A stretch of DNA of 64,000 nt from Vicugna vicugna. Its lineage: Eukaryota. The DNA is taken from the NCBI GenBank assembly GCA_013265495.1, contig MU058065.1, positions 4,748,976 through 4,812,975 of the forward strand. Reading direction: 5' to 3'. Every line of letters begins with the position of its first letter. Positions within the stretch are counted from its first letter, which is position 1. The notes beneath the pieces are model-generated. The model saw nothing but the letters and a program-made list of their open reading frames with translations. It had not been told where the DNA came from and ran no database searches. Made by a program: the position numbers and the translations under genes. Below are positions 1 through 12,895 of the stretch, piece by piece.

Positions 1-2154
1 AGTAAAGCTATAATACTTGATTTATTGGCAAAGAGATGGTCTTTGCTCCATAAATAACAAACACATTTGTGTGAATGTACTTTTGGGTTTACAAAGTGCC
101 AAGGGTCTAGAGGATTTTGCTTTCCCTCACTTTCACTCATCCCATATAGAATATTTTCAGCTCAACCAGTGATTTCTTTTCACCACATGGAAGGATCGTG
201 TTCTGTAAGACCATCTTGATGGACCAACCCACCAAGAAAATCTTTTGATTTGACATTTCTCAATTTTTACCAATTGAGAGCAGCTAACATCATCTCACAG
301 ATAAATCTCAATCATTCTTAATGTTTATTGACTCAAGTCAACCCAGCAAGGAAGCTGACTTATCTTGTATTTAAACCTTTTTATGACCGTAATGTCTACA
401 GAGCTAAATATATCTTTGTAAAGATTCATGCTACGTCATAACTTCAGATGTCATTCTATAATATTTCACCTGTGGCCTGATTCAGAGACCATAGAAGCAA
501 AGGGATACATGTGGTATAATAGAATCTGTCTTCCTTCAATGGGCAGAGAAGGGGAAATTTAAGTGTTGGATTTTTTCATTTCTAGTGTCAAGGTGCTCAA
601 TGGAGATTTATTCTCACAATAGAAAGTAAAGAAGCATGTCTTGTCATAGGAAATAGTAGCAGTAAAATAATAATAAAGCTGTTGCTTTTTTTATCACCAA
701 TTAATTGCAAAGCAGATGCCATGTGGTACATTTGCATTTCCTACAGCACTGGCAATGCAAAGTGTTTATGAAAGATACCCCTTTTATAGTTACAAAGGCC
801 AACAGAACAGGTGCACTTGAGCCCAATTAATAAAAAATAAAATAGAAGAAACTTAGTTCACATAAGGACTACAATATTATCCAGGGGGACAGGAAATATG
901 GCTGCTGTTAAGAAAAACTGAAACTTAACAGCTTCAAATTGTGTTCAAACATTAAAAAAAAACATATACACATAAAATAATATATATGGCATAGATAAGA
1001 TGTTAGAGTAAGTTCACAGTATAAAAGCAAAAATCAAAGTTAACCTTCTTTTATCCTAACGCACCTATGTTTTTCTCCATTTCTATGTTGCCTAACCATT
1101 ATTCGTACAGCTTATAAAATTTGAACCATGAACCTGATGGCTTCTTACAATTTTCCCTTGATGTAAGACTGAACCAAACTCTATCCTTAGAACAATGGGT
1201 CAGTTCTTGCACATAGAACATCCCAGTTTCCAGGTACCCATAGCAATGATTTAATTTCTATCTGGATTTCTCCTACCACCTTTTTTTTTTTTTTTCTGGG
1301 ATACCTCAAGTGGCCCTCAGTTAAAGTTCATTCAAAACTTATGGATATATCTTAATATTGACCTAAGTCAGAGATCACTGGAATATAAGCTTGAAATACA
1401 AAGTACACCATATAATGTATTCCAAACCCAGAGTGGAGCACCTTAGACTGACATGATGTTTGGAAGGACAAGGGGTAGACAGTAACAGCCACAGGCATTA
1501 GAGCCAAACAGAACTACCCTTAAAACCTAAACACACAGTGTGTCTTGTAAATTTATACATACTACTAGTATCTAAGCCACAGAATAAGACAGGCATGCTA
1601 ATATGTACTCACAGCATGGTCATGAAAACTAAATTAAATGACAAATGTGAAATACTTAGCTTACTACTGGACAGCAAACAAGAAAGGAAAACCGTACAAA
1701 TAAGCATGGTTTTTAATTTTTTTAATTATTTTTTGAAATAAGGTTTATTTCCCTTGTTTTTATTTATTTTGGTTGGTAATTCGTTAATTATTGTTATGGT
1801 GGTCTTGGTCATTTTAGCACCTAAAGAGATTTGAGAGTCTGTGTGTACTTATCAATACATTGAATAAATATAATCATGTATTTAATAGTTATGAACACTT
1901 TTTTCCACGTGCATATGGGTGCAATTTTAATCAATGAAATGAAAATTAATTTAAACGTATTAGTTGGGCACGTAATGGTTACACTTTTAAAATCCACTGA
2001 AGAGAAAAAATCTAATCTGCAATGCTGCTGTGAAGTCCATAATACTTCGTATTATTAAAAAAAACCCTCCAAAGTGAAAAATTTGGAAATCCCTGGTATA
2101 AAAACTGACTCTGACTATGACCAACATTTCGCTCCATCAAGTAAGCAATTGGCT

Positions 2155-2352
2155 CACAGATGCCAAATGTACGACACCGATGACACTATTTCCTCATCCC
2201 GCATCCATGGCAGACGTTAGCTTGTCATTTGCACCATTTATTTTTCATTGAATCTAGTCTGACTAGGTATCCTCCTCAAGAAAGCACTTCAAAGCAGCTA
2301 TTAAAAGTCACATGCAACTGTCATAAGAGGTAAAACCTATTTTCTCACTATG
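2155..2352 (+). mobile_element. MER117-like hAT-Charlie MITE, decayed
   Basis: 'cacagatgccaaatgt...catccatggcagacgttag...tgaatctagtctg...tcctcctcaagaaagcacttcaaagcagcta...taaaacctattttc' follows the recalled MER117 consensus. A similar copy lies at about 18255. Confidence 0.55.
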
Positions 2353-2639
2353 AAGTGTCTTTCTGAGATCTTACTAATGTATATAATAAAGAACAATAAT
2401 TTGACATATATAAGAAATGAATAGCAATAATTCATGGAAAAGTTTGTCTATTCTTAACTCTTTTATTATGCATACCAAAGACTGCATTTAGCTATTTTCA
2501 AAATCATAGTTGTTGCTTCTATATCTTTAAGAAGGTATTAAGCATACTCCAATACACAAGAAATAATGTTACCTAACATTTTTAAGAGATAATTAAATGA
2601 CAGTTTATGTGTATATCTTTGTTCCTTGAAAAGATATTT

Positions 2640-4410
2640 ATTATATAAATTATATAAAATGTTCTGTTTGAATTTTTTCATAGTAAGCAAAAATCATCTG
2701 CAAAAGCTTTTAATTAAAAAAAGTCCAGAAATCATATTGCCTATAAGATAAATGTATAATTTCTGTATGCCATAAGTAATCAGTTAGAAAATAAAATAGG
2801 GAAGCTCCATTAACAGCTCAAATTAGACTAGACCTATATGAACTACAAAAATGTAAAAAATATGTATTAAAGAAGATATGAAGGATTGGAGATACAGGTC
2901 ATATTCCCGAAACAAAAAGTGGGCATTATGAACATTCTAATTCTTTTCAAATAATATATGAAATGAATAAAATTTCAAGTGAACTCAAAGGAGACTGTGG
3001 TAGACAGCAAAGAAGTAGCAGAGATGACATGACAAAACTATCCTCAAAGTTTATAAAGAGCTAGGCAAGTGCTCTAGAACTGGGAAAGAAAAATTAAGTG
3101 GAGAACTTATTCTTACCAGATATTTTAACACTAGAATAATTAGAACAGTCTGTTATTATGGCAAGCCCAGAAAACACACACACACACACGTGTGAAAATG
3201 TAAAAGTACAACAGGCACATATTGGTATATAACACTGATATATTACATATATTTCATATGTATAGCAACACTTCTACTTACAACTTATAGAGCTGTGTGT
3301 ATAGATACAAATAAGTGTTTATAGATATAAGTAAGTTAATGTATAACAGTAAAATAGCAAACACTGTTAAAAATTGATCTACTTGATAGATGCTGTGAAC
3401 ATCAAATTATATAAAAATAAAAACTCTGTTTAGAATTCTGACACTGTCTCTACAGAAAATTCTAGATAAATGCAAATAATTAGACCATACAAATATCACA
3501 TATAGTTATGTATTTATTTCATCTAGGTCGTTTTTGATAAATAGAAAAGAAGTAAAATAAATTACTATAAATCAAAAGAAAAAAATTTTATGTATGTAAA
3601 AATGTCTGAAATGTTAAAAATGCAAACAATAAATGTTTATGTCTTTAATTTAGAAAGAGTTTATTACCAAGATCCCAATAGACAATCAAAGAAAAAAACA
3701 AACATAGATAGTTCACAGAAGAAGGTATATTAATAACTAAAACTTACATGACAAACATATAGCTTATCATTGTAAAAGTCAGGTACTAATTTTTTCCAAT
3801 CATATTAGCAGAGATCTCAAGAACAGTCATTAATACTAACAAGTAACCACTAAAATTGATATTTTCCTATGATAAAAACAAAAGTATAAATTGGACCAAC
3901 TTCCAGAAATCTATGTGGCAAATATAATAAAGAATCTTAAATATTTTTAATAGTACATTCTGAGTTTTGTACCTTTGAGCTAGTACTGCTACTTTAAGGC
4001 ATAGATCATAAGAGGTGGACAAATATTTATATATAAGGATGCTTATCATATGTTTATATGTGTATACAATTTTTCAAGAAATAATTCTGGAAATATTAAA
4101 TAAGTTATAAAAATAAATACTATATATTTGAAAGTTTTCTAATGCTGTGGAGACCTGCTTATGATATAATGTCAATCCAAGAGGGGAGAATATAAAATTA
4201 TATATATCATACAAATGTGAAAATGGAACGTTATTTCTTACATTTGATAAAGGAAAATGACCAGAAAGAAATTTATAAAATTGAAGAGTAAGCACTATTC
4301 CTAAGTGGGGTATTGGTGGTTGTTCGTATGTTCTTCTTTGTGTTTCTGTTTTCTAAACTTCCCACAGTAAATTTAATTAAATTTTCATGAAAAAGCATTA
4401 AAATAAATGT
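2640..4410 (+). mobile_element. Highly decayed old L1 (L1M/L1ME-type) ORF2 3' part and 3' UTR
   Basis: Strongly A-rich + strand with degraded L1 ORF2-like words ('ttaaagaagatatgaaggattggagatacaggtcatattc', 'gagaacttattcttaccagatattttaac', 'atagatagttcacagaagaagg'). No intact ORF. Confidence 0.6.
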
Positions 4411-4414
4411 AAAA

Positions 4415-4950
4415 CAATTCAGGGAAATATTCATCTAGCAAACAAGAAATGTTTCCTCCTTTGAGGAGCTCACAGTCCAATGAGGAAACCAACTTCACAT
4501 GACGGGGGAAATGAAATGGCAGTCATAGGTCCACACTTTGTTGAGGTTATCTGAGGATTCACACTTCTCAGAAGAGGCAGGACTTGACCTGAGTCCACTA
4601 CACTGACCATGAGGAAAGGGAATTCTACGGGGCGGGGGGGAGGGTACGCATCCCAAGGCTACAGGGACATGGGAAGAGACGTGGACCTTGGATGGAGCAC
4701 AGGTAAACTTTCCGCTGAGAAAATGTGCAAAGAAGGAAATGGTGAGTAGGACTGCAGGGCCCTTTAGAGAGAGGTGGGAAGATGAGGGAGTTGGAACAAG
4801 CGCCTCTAGTTTCTCTTTTCTGTGGAGAGTTGGCTGGTGGGTGGAACCAAAGAGAACTGGTGAAACTTGGAAAGGCTGGAATGCTTACTCCTTGGATGGG
4901 AGAAAGGAGCCTCACCAGGCCCAGGTGAAAGGGGTGAAGAGGAGCCCCAG
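4415..4950 (-). mobile_element. L2 LINE fragment
   Basis: 'cctcctttgaggagctcacagtccaatgagg' and 'cttctcagaagaggcaggacttgacctgagtc' are typical antisense L2 3'-region words. The purine-rich stretch explains the overlapping short ORFs. Confidence 0.55.
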
Positions 4951-5329
4951 ACACTAGGTGCTCGAGGAGACACCTTCTTAGCAGCTGATGTAGTGAACGC
5001 TGCTGGCTGTTCCTGTGATTTGAAAGGTACAACATGATCTTCCGAACACCTGGAAGGCATGAGAGGCAATGTCTGTTTATCAAGCTGCTACCAAATGTCT
5101 ACATTGCATCAGGTGCCATCTTTCCACATCAGGTGTCACTTTTTCCTCACAGCTATTCAAGAATATCAACTGTTGTGAAGGCTTCATTTAGAAAATATAT
5201 TTAGAAGCACCCCGCACAGCGAACAGTTCATATCTACAATGTTTAAGGGGAAATGATTCGTAAGTCAACCTCTTATTCTCAAGCAGAGAAAGCCGATTGT
5301 GTTGTTTTCAACTTGTTATAATTTTTTCT

Positions 5330-5815
5330 ATTCTGAGTCAAAAGCATATTCAAAAAGATACCTAGGATTAATTAGCTGTGACGGTGAGCAGGTGGGCAGC
5401 GCCACACCACTTGGCCATTAATTATCATTTCAAGTGTATTAAGCTCGCCCTTCTAATTGGCAAACTGTTAATGTCATACCTGGGACATATTTCACATTCC
5501 TTTCCTAGCTCTCAGAGCACTTGAAACAATGCCAATTCTATGGGAATCACTGCATTTCTCTTTCTCCACTTCCTTAAACCCAGACTAATTGGAGAGGGAA
5601 ATGGAATTAGTCACTGTTTTAAATAATCCTTATTGCTCCTCTTCTCTGTTCGGGTGGAAAATTATGCAATTTAATCTGCTTGGAGAAGAGTAGAGGCACT
5701 TTTCACAGAGCAAGATACTGAGGATCATGAAGATGACTTTCTCTTCTTAAGCTATCGGTGCTGATCTAATAGAACGAAGTGGAAACCCCAGGAATTGTGA
5801 GGGTAATTAACCCCA
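5330..5815. promoter_or_regulatory. Candidate developmental enhancer (homeodomain motif cluster)
   Basis: Repeat-free stretch with GGATTAATTAG (5365), CCATTAATTA (5415), CTAATTGG twice (5453, 5585), TAATCC (about 5624), GGTAATTAACC (5802), TCAAGTG (5430) and TGAGTCA (5334). Function is inferred. Confidence 0.4.
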
Positions 5816-6489
5816 GGGCCTTTAACTTAAAAAAAAAAAAAAAGCTGCCCTTTGCTAAAAAGAGCCCCTCTCCAGTTTGTAAACAAATTCCTGCTGTTGC
5901 TTGAACACGGCAGGCAGTCTTGTGTCTCTATTCTCAAATGGATGCTACTCACATACAGCTGAAGTCTGAACCCGCCTTCAAGATGTAACTCAATGCTGCC
6001 TCCTCTCTGAGCCCCCAGAACACTTTGCACATCAAGTCCTTCATTATGATGAATCCCACAGAGATCAGCTTGATGCAGATCTTACCAATACACACCACGC
6101 ATAAGACAGTAGAGTGAAGAGGTGCAGAGGGTAGGCTCAGTGGTCAGAAACCCAGAGTCATTCCTGACTCCATCACTTACTGATATTTTCAAAAACTTGC
6201 ATTTCCAAGAAATGTCATCAACATTTTTTGTATTGTTGGAAACACTGCAGGGGCAATCTACTGTTGGCTTCATAATGAAAATCCCATATCTAGAAAAAAA
6301 ATCACCCATATACATATTCACATATTTTCCCAATATCTTTGAATTTTTTCCCCTAATAGGTCTTTTCTCTATTACATTTCAACAAACAGATGAAAAACAC
6401 CTCGATGACAGGGATATGTCAAGGAGACCCAAAAGCCAACATCAGGAGCTCCCAATAGACAAAGTTAGAACCATTTTGAGCAACAAAAT

Positions 6490-7290
6490 AAAGTTGTATT
6501 TGATTATAACCCAAGTATAAATAAATATCCATGAGTCCATACTGATATAAATTACTGAATAAATAGCTAGGTAAGAGCAGACAAATCTTCCATGCAGAAG
6601 AATTTCAAACCACTTATGTAGATACTCTGCCGGCCAGGAGGTAGACAACACCACCCCACTTCTTAAGTGTGAGCTGCACATAGTGACGTCCTTCCAAAGA
6701 GGCCATTGTGAAAGGGGAGGGAGAGAAAGTGACTTTAAAGTGGAGAAACCTCACCTCACACCTCAGCCAGGTGAGCAAGATCAGTGTCAACAGTGGTAAC
6801 TCACCTTGGTAGTCTAGAACACACCCTTGATCCGATGTGATGAGAATGACACTTGAGCTCTGTGGTCTTCTCCAAAACTCATTAAGAACAGCCTAGTCAT
6901 GAGCAAGACATCAGACAGAAGTAGGTGAGGGACAGCCTTCAACATATCTGACAAGTACCACTCAAAACTGACAAACTCACCTAAAACAAGGAAAATCTGA
7001 GAAACTGTCACTGTCAAGAAAAACTTAAGGAGATGTGATGATTAAAGGAATGTGATGACCTCTGTGGGAGCCTGGAACAGGAAAAGGACATTAGGTAAAA
7101 ATCTAAGAAATCCTAGGTAAAGTCCAAATTCTAGTTAATAATGATGCATACATATTGGTTCATTAATTGTGACAAACTTACCATACCAATGCCACACTTT
7201 AATAATAAGGGAAACTGGGTATGAGAAATGTGGGGACTCACCGATCCTATGTTTCTGTCAATCTAAATTTCTTCTAAAATGAAATAAGAT
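6490..7290 (+). mobile_element. L1MD/L1MC-type L1 3' UTR
   Basis: Diagnostic words 'ataaatatccatgagtccatactgatataaat', 'ccccacttcttaagtgtgagctgcacatagtgac' and 'ttaataataagggaaactgggt'. Ends in 'tctaaatttcttctaaaat' followed by an A-rich tail. Confidence 0.8.
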
Positions 7291-7901
7291 TCATTTCAAA
7301 AATAAAAAGGGCTTTATTTCATTTGGAAAATTACATTAAAATTAAATAATTAAACTTGCTTCTGTCAAATTCCCACCCCTGGGAGTTTCATTAAAATGTC
7401 TCAGGAATGGATAGATGGATCCACATAGGGAGAGAATCAATCCTATGTTTTATCTCTTGACCTGAGAGCAGGTTTGCGGATATTTAGACCCATGAGTGCA
7501 TGTTCAAAAACAGACCAAAATGACCAAATATTTTTGTACATTCCGAACCTCACAACATGATCGGAAGTATGACCTAAGTCTACAAGTTCAATGCGTCCGG
7601 TAGGAGTTATCCCCTGGAGCACTATAAATATATATGGCTGCAGAGTGAACAGAATTTTTAGAAAGCTGGTCTAACTACAAATCTGAAATAGACCATATGA
7701 TTGCAAGTAGAATGTAGCTTGACTGCAGTCTCTAAGGCACAAAAGAGGAGAAAGACACTGAAAAAACCACAGAATAATGAGACACATTGAGATTACACTC
7801 CCGGCTAATAATTCTTCCTTTTGTCTGATAGGCTCCCTCCTGGTGTTTGAAGGGCACAGGGAATGAAATATAATTGAAAACAGGAATTCCTAACATGATT
7901 T

Positions 7902-7970
7902 TGTTTTTATTTATTGAAGTATAGTCAGTTACAATGTGTCAGTTTCTGGTGCACAGCATAATGTCCCAGT
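7902..7970 (-). mobile_element. Recent, extremely 5'-truncated L1 (camelid-type 3' end, about 70 bp) with TSD
   Basis: Reverse complement reads 'actgggacattatgctgtgcaccagaaactgacacattgtaactgactatacttcaataaataaaaacaa', matching the copy at 55056-55376. Flanked by cctaacatgattt (7889-7901) and cctaatgtgattt (7971-7983). Confidence 0.85.
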
Positions 7971-8769
7971 CCTAATGTGATTTAAATTCTCAACAGACGA
8001 GTGGGTGTATCAGGAAAATTGTACCACTCTTTTATGTTACTAAACATAAGGAAAAAATGCAAACCCCCAGTACACTAGGTACAAGTCTTTTAGATTCTTA
8101 GGGAGATGCAACAACACATAGCTGAAATCAAGGCAATAGAGAAAGGGATTTCCTCTGCTCCTCTTGGGCCACCTTCCAGTGGACAAACTAAGACAGAGAT
8201 TATAAACCAGTTCATTTGTCATGTATGCAATAAGATACTGTATTTTCTTTTATGAAATAGGTGATGGGTGCAGTGTAATTTACAAATCAATTTTTCAAGT
8301 TTTCTCTTTGGGTAGAGATGAAAATTAACCCGAGATTCCTGTGTCCCTCAAACAGATTAAATATGGACTTTCTCTGAGATATTTTGAACATAGAAAGGCT
8401 ACTCAGTTAATTCTAGTTTAAAAGTACATTTTTTAATTTCATTATCTGTAAAAAATAACATCATAAAAAGGAATCCTGAATTATCTAGATGATTTGGCAT
8501 AAATGTTTTGAGACAGGAAGTATCTGTAAGTAGAAATTCTATTTATATTTTAATCACTGGGAGTCGTAGCATTCTGCGGCACGTCCTTCCACACAGAAGC
8601 AAGTGATGGGCCCCTAGAGAGAAGGATATTCAAGGAATATAATAGTGTTTTCATACATACTTGAGCCTTACCCACCGATTCCTTGGCAATAGCATCTGAT
8701 CACAGACTTCATGCTTCATAATTAAAAAACAAAGCACTTTAACTCTCTCCCACTCTTTTTATTGCCTGA

Positions 8770-8951
8770 CTCCACTTCAATTTCAGATCTATACTTAAAA
8801 TTAATTGCTCCAGGAAGCCTTTTTTGAACCTCTGAATTATGGTAATTTACGTCTTAATTGCCTCCCTTCCCCAACAAGGTATACAGTGTTTCCTTTGGAA
8901 ATTCAGAAATTTCATGTTCAGTGTTTATCTCACTTCTTAAAACTATAAATT
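8770..8951 (+). mobile_element. L2 3' region, left part (split by the L1 insertion)
   Basis: 'ctccaggaagccttttttgaacc...tgtttatctcacttcttaaaactataa' is L2-like and resumes at about 11060. Confidence 0.5.
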
Positions 8952-11046
8952 GCAATAATTCTGCTACTTGCCGTGATGACATAACCGATACCAGAGGAGC
9001 CTTCTCACCACAGACAATCATAAAACTGGACAAATTCTGAAGCAACGGTTTCCATATATTAGACAACAGGCAACATAGTATTGTGATCTTTCAGAAAAGG
9101 GAAAAACACAAAGTCTGTGCCCTAACTTGTTTGCCCTGGCTGTCTTCCTGGAAACACACTCCAAATCGCTGCGCACGGAGGTGGACCCCAAGCAGAGGTG
9201 AGAAGCCTGGGTTTGCAGTAGTGTTGCTGAAGGGCATGGAAAGGATGGAGCATGGTGCCACAGAGGAAGGAGCTAAGGAGAGGATAGGATCCAGGGTCTG
9301 CGTGGGTGTTTCCAGTGGGTTCTTGGCTGAGAGGTGGGTTGTGCCCACACAGACAGGGAGTGAATCCACAAAGCCAAGGAGAGAGTGTTTGCTGTTGGAC
9401 TGAGAGCTGAACAGCCTTGTGGAAGTTTGTGTAGGGCTGGAACATGATGGAGGTCCTGCCCAACCAGTGTGTTCATGGACTGGGCATCTCGGCATTGTAA
9501 AGAGTTGTGATACCAATTCTCACACCAAATTGGTCTGTAAATGTAGTGCAATCTCAATCAAAATGCCAGCAGGGTTTTTTTTTTTTTAATTTGGTAAGTC
9601 AATTCTAAAACTTATATGGGAATACAAAGGACCTAGAAAAGTCAAAACAATCTAGGCAAAGAAGGGGGAGAATGGAGGACTTACACTACCAGATTTCATG
9701 GTTTTCCATAAAGTAACAATGACAACTGATTTTGGCATGTGGATAAACCAAGAGATTAACGGAAGAGAATGGAGTTCAGAAATAGATTCACAAATATAAA
9801 GTCAGTTGATTTTCAACAAGGTTTCAGGGTAGTCTAACATGGAAAAATATTTCTTTTTCATCAAATGATGCTGGAATAACTAAGTAAATGAACAGAAAAA
9901 TGTGAACATTGATCTTTACCTCATGCCAAATACAACACTTATTCAAGGTGCATCATAGACCTAAATATAAAAATTAATTATGTAAAGCTTCTTGAAAATA
10001 TAAGAAAACATCTTTACAATTTTATAGTAGGAAAAAGAATTTTCGGGGAAAACGTAAAAGTTACTAACTATAAGAAATAAAGATCAAAAACTGAACTTTG
10101 CCAAAATTAAACAATTCTCATCAAAAAATCAAAAACAGTATTAAGAAAATATAAAAGACAAGCCCCATACTGAGAGAAATATTTGTGGTACATATATCTA
10201 ATAATGGTGTTATATTCAAATTATTTTATAAACTCCTAAAATTCAGTAATAACACAACTCACATTTGAAAGTTGGAAATAAGGCTTGAACTGAAGCTTCA
10301 CAAAAGAAGATATAGAAGTGGCTAATAAGCACATGAGAAGGAAAAGGTAAGTTAAAATGTAAGTTAAACCACAACACAATGCCATTCCACTTACAGCAGC
10401 AACTAGAAGAACGAAATGTTTCTAGCTGAGATGTAAAATGCTACCACCACCTTGGAAAGCTATTTAACAATTTCCTTTAAAGTTAAACATACTCCTACCA
10501 TACAATCCAGCCATTCCTCCTACATATTTACCCAAGAGAAATAAAATATTAAGCATATATCCACAGAAGGTCCTTTATAAAATGTTTCTTTTAGCGTTGT
10601 TAATGTTAGCCAAAACAGAAAATCTCTCAAATGTTCAAAAACGGAAACTCCAAATAGTGACACATCCACACAATGTAATATCATCTGAATAAGGAAAAAG
10701 CATGTACTACTGATACATAAAAAAAATATTGATGAATATTGAGAACATTACACTAAATGAAAGCAAAAGATATCAGACTCAAACGAATGCAGATGATCGG
10801 GGTACATCTCTATGAAGGTCTAAGGCCCATCTAATCTGTTACTCAAAACCATGACAGCAGTTGCCACTGAGGGCTGGGAAGGTGCTTGGAAGGAGGTATG
10901 CAGAAAATTTGTGTGCTGATGGGAATCATTTGTACCTGGATTGAATTCTTGTTCAGACAGGCAAATATATTACTCAGTATTCATGCAATTGTACATAAAC
11001 TATCTGGGCATCTTACTATGCATAAATTTTGCCTTAGTTTAAAAGA
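8952..11046 (+). mobile_element. Old L1 (L1MC/MD/ME class): 5' UTR joined directly to the ORF2 C-terminal region and 3' UTR
   Basis: About 8957-9466 resembles an L1M 5' end ('cataaaactggacaaattctgaagcaacggtttcc...agacaacaggcaacatag'). From about 9467 it resembles decayed ORF2 ('tgttcatggactggg...caattctc...gcaatctcaatcaaaatgccagcagg', cf. [31 protein letters not shown]). Diverged TSD: aaaactataaatt (8939-8951) and aaaattatacatt (11047-11059). Confidence 0.8.
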
Positions 11047-11059
11047 AAAATTATACATT

Positions 11060-11165
11060 TATTGTGGTCAGAGATATTGGCTACCTTACTTTTCCTCTGA
11101 AATTGCAAGAGTGATAACATTACCTGGTATATATTAAGTCTCAGTATATACATGTTGATTGAAGT
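11060..11165 (+). mobile_element. L2 3' end, right part
   Basis: 'tacctggtatatattaagtctcagtatatacatgttgattgaa' matches the L2 terminus (cf. tgcctggcacatagtaggcgctcaataaatatttgttgaatgaa). Confidence 0.55.
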
Positions 11166-11959
11166 ATTTTGTTTAAAAAGCAAAGGAAAGCCTTGTCCTT
11201 ATCAGTGCATTGGATTTTACAGAGCTATGATGATTCCAGCTCTTCGGGGTTTGTTTAGATGACCCACACTTCTTGGTAGCTGTGGTTCCATGATTCTCAT
11301 AGCACTAGATGTACCATTAAACATCATGAGGGCTAAATTCAAAAGGAACACATAGAAGTGATTTAACTTTCAAATTAACATAACTTTCACTAAATGGCAC
11401 ATAAAAGTTCATGACTAATGGCATTTATTTTGATTATTAACAAAGTAAATGGCATTCTCGAGGAATAATTAAACTGATAGACAATGTTCTTTGATTGGTC
11501 AAGAGGTCAACAGTTATAATTAATGGAAAATTGCAATAGTTTACAAGATGACATATTCTGCAATCAAAAGTGATCATCTTCATTATTTTGATGAGATTTT
11601 AAAAGAAAGTCTAAGCAACCAGTCATGATGAGACACTTTTATATAAATCATGTATACATATGTATGTCTAAAGAAGAGAACTATTCAAAATTTGATATGG
11701 TTTACATCAGTTTAATTTTTGCGAGGCTTGATCTTCAAATACAACATTTTTATTAAGGAAATGATTATAGTCTTGATGGAATTTATTGTAAAAAAAAAAT
11801 CTAATAGAATATTTCATCAGTGCCGAAAGCCTCAACTAAATGTCAGATTTTTATTACTTTGAATATTGATGACATGTCCTACCAATTTTTCATCACACAG
11901 ATCAAGAGTACCTTGATTATTTATGCTAATTTTAGTTTTATTTTTCATGGGACCTTTAC

Positions 11960-12135
11960 ACACCATTATGTCATAACCTTATGCGTTAAATAAGAAAACT
12001 GTAAAAATATTAATCTTATTTATGAAGAAACTGAGACACAAAGGTTACCTGAGCTATCTAAGGCTGTAGAAGTACTTAATGACAAAAAAGTAGGAATAGG
12101 GTATGAATTTTCACGTGCCCAGTCCTTACACCAAA
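11960..12135 (-). mobile_element. MIR SINE
   Basis: MIR core 'ttatgaagaaactgagacacaaaggttacctgagctatctaaggc'. Confidence 0.65.
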
Positions 12136-12895
12136 TCACGGTGCTTAGTGCTTCTAGGGTAACATAACCTCACGCCAATAGTCATTTCTGCAACATCAGT
12201 GGCTCCATAACTGAGATTAAAATCATTTTGGTTGAGCATGTTCTTTGTTTTCTTTTGGTTCAAGATGACTTGAATGATCACGTCATTTTCCAAACAGTTT
12301 TGTTGAGGGTTAGTGCATTTAATTTGCTTCTTCATTATCATAATCATCTCAGGAATAAGAAAGGTACACAATGACCCAACTCATCTCTAACCTTCTAGTC
12401 TCATTTCTCATCATTCTTTGCTTAATAGTCTCGTCCAACAAGCAAAGAGCTATTGCTTGTGATTCTTGGTACAAGCTCCATGCTGTTTCTGGTTAATGTG
12501 CTTGAGTGCAGATTTCTCCTATGTCTAGGATGCACCCTTTTATTCTATCTTCACATGACTTAGCTCCTGCTCTATCTATGAGGGCACAGTCCACAAACAA
12601 AGCTGTAACAACTATGGATCATTTACATACATATCACAAACAGGAAAAAGAAATGCAAGGAATATTTAACAAAACCACAGAGGTAATAGGAGCTGTTGAT
12701 ATGCATTGTCACACTAACCAATAGGAAAAGACTAACAGGAAATCTGAGTATATATTAAATAAAATTGAATAGATGCCTATCAATAGCTCATTATCTAAAG
12801 AAAATCAAAAACAAGAAAAAGGAAATTTGAAAGTGCTTCACGGTGGGAATCCAGTTTCTTGGTAAAGAAGGATCTTGAGTTTGGTTGGAGCTTAT

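Noticed and set aside
4625..5083. Longest ORF (152 aa, minus strand) and overlapping ORFs
   Set aside because: Overlaps an L2 fragment, shows no recognisable domain, and is open in several frames because of purine/pyrimidine skew.
9083..9557. Four overlapping 94-141 aa ORFs
   Set aside because: They lie in the GC-richer L1 5' UTR, where stop codons are rarer. No protein similarity recognised.
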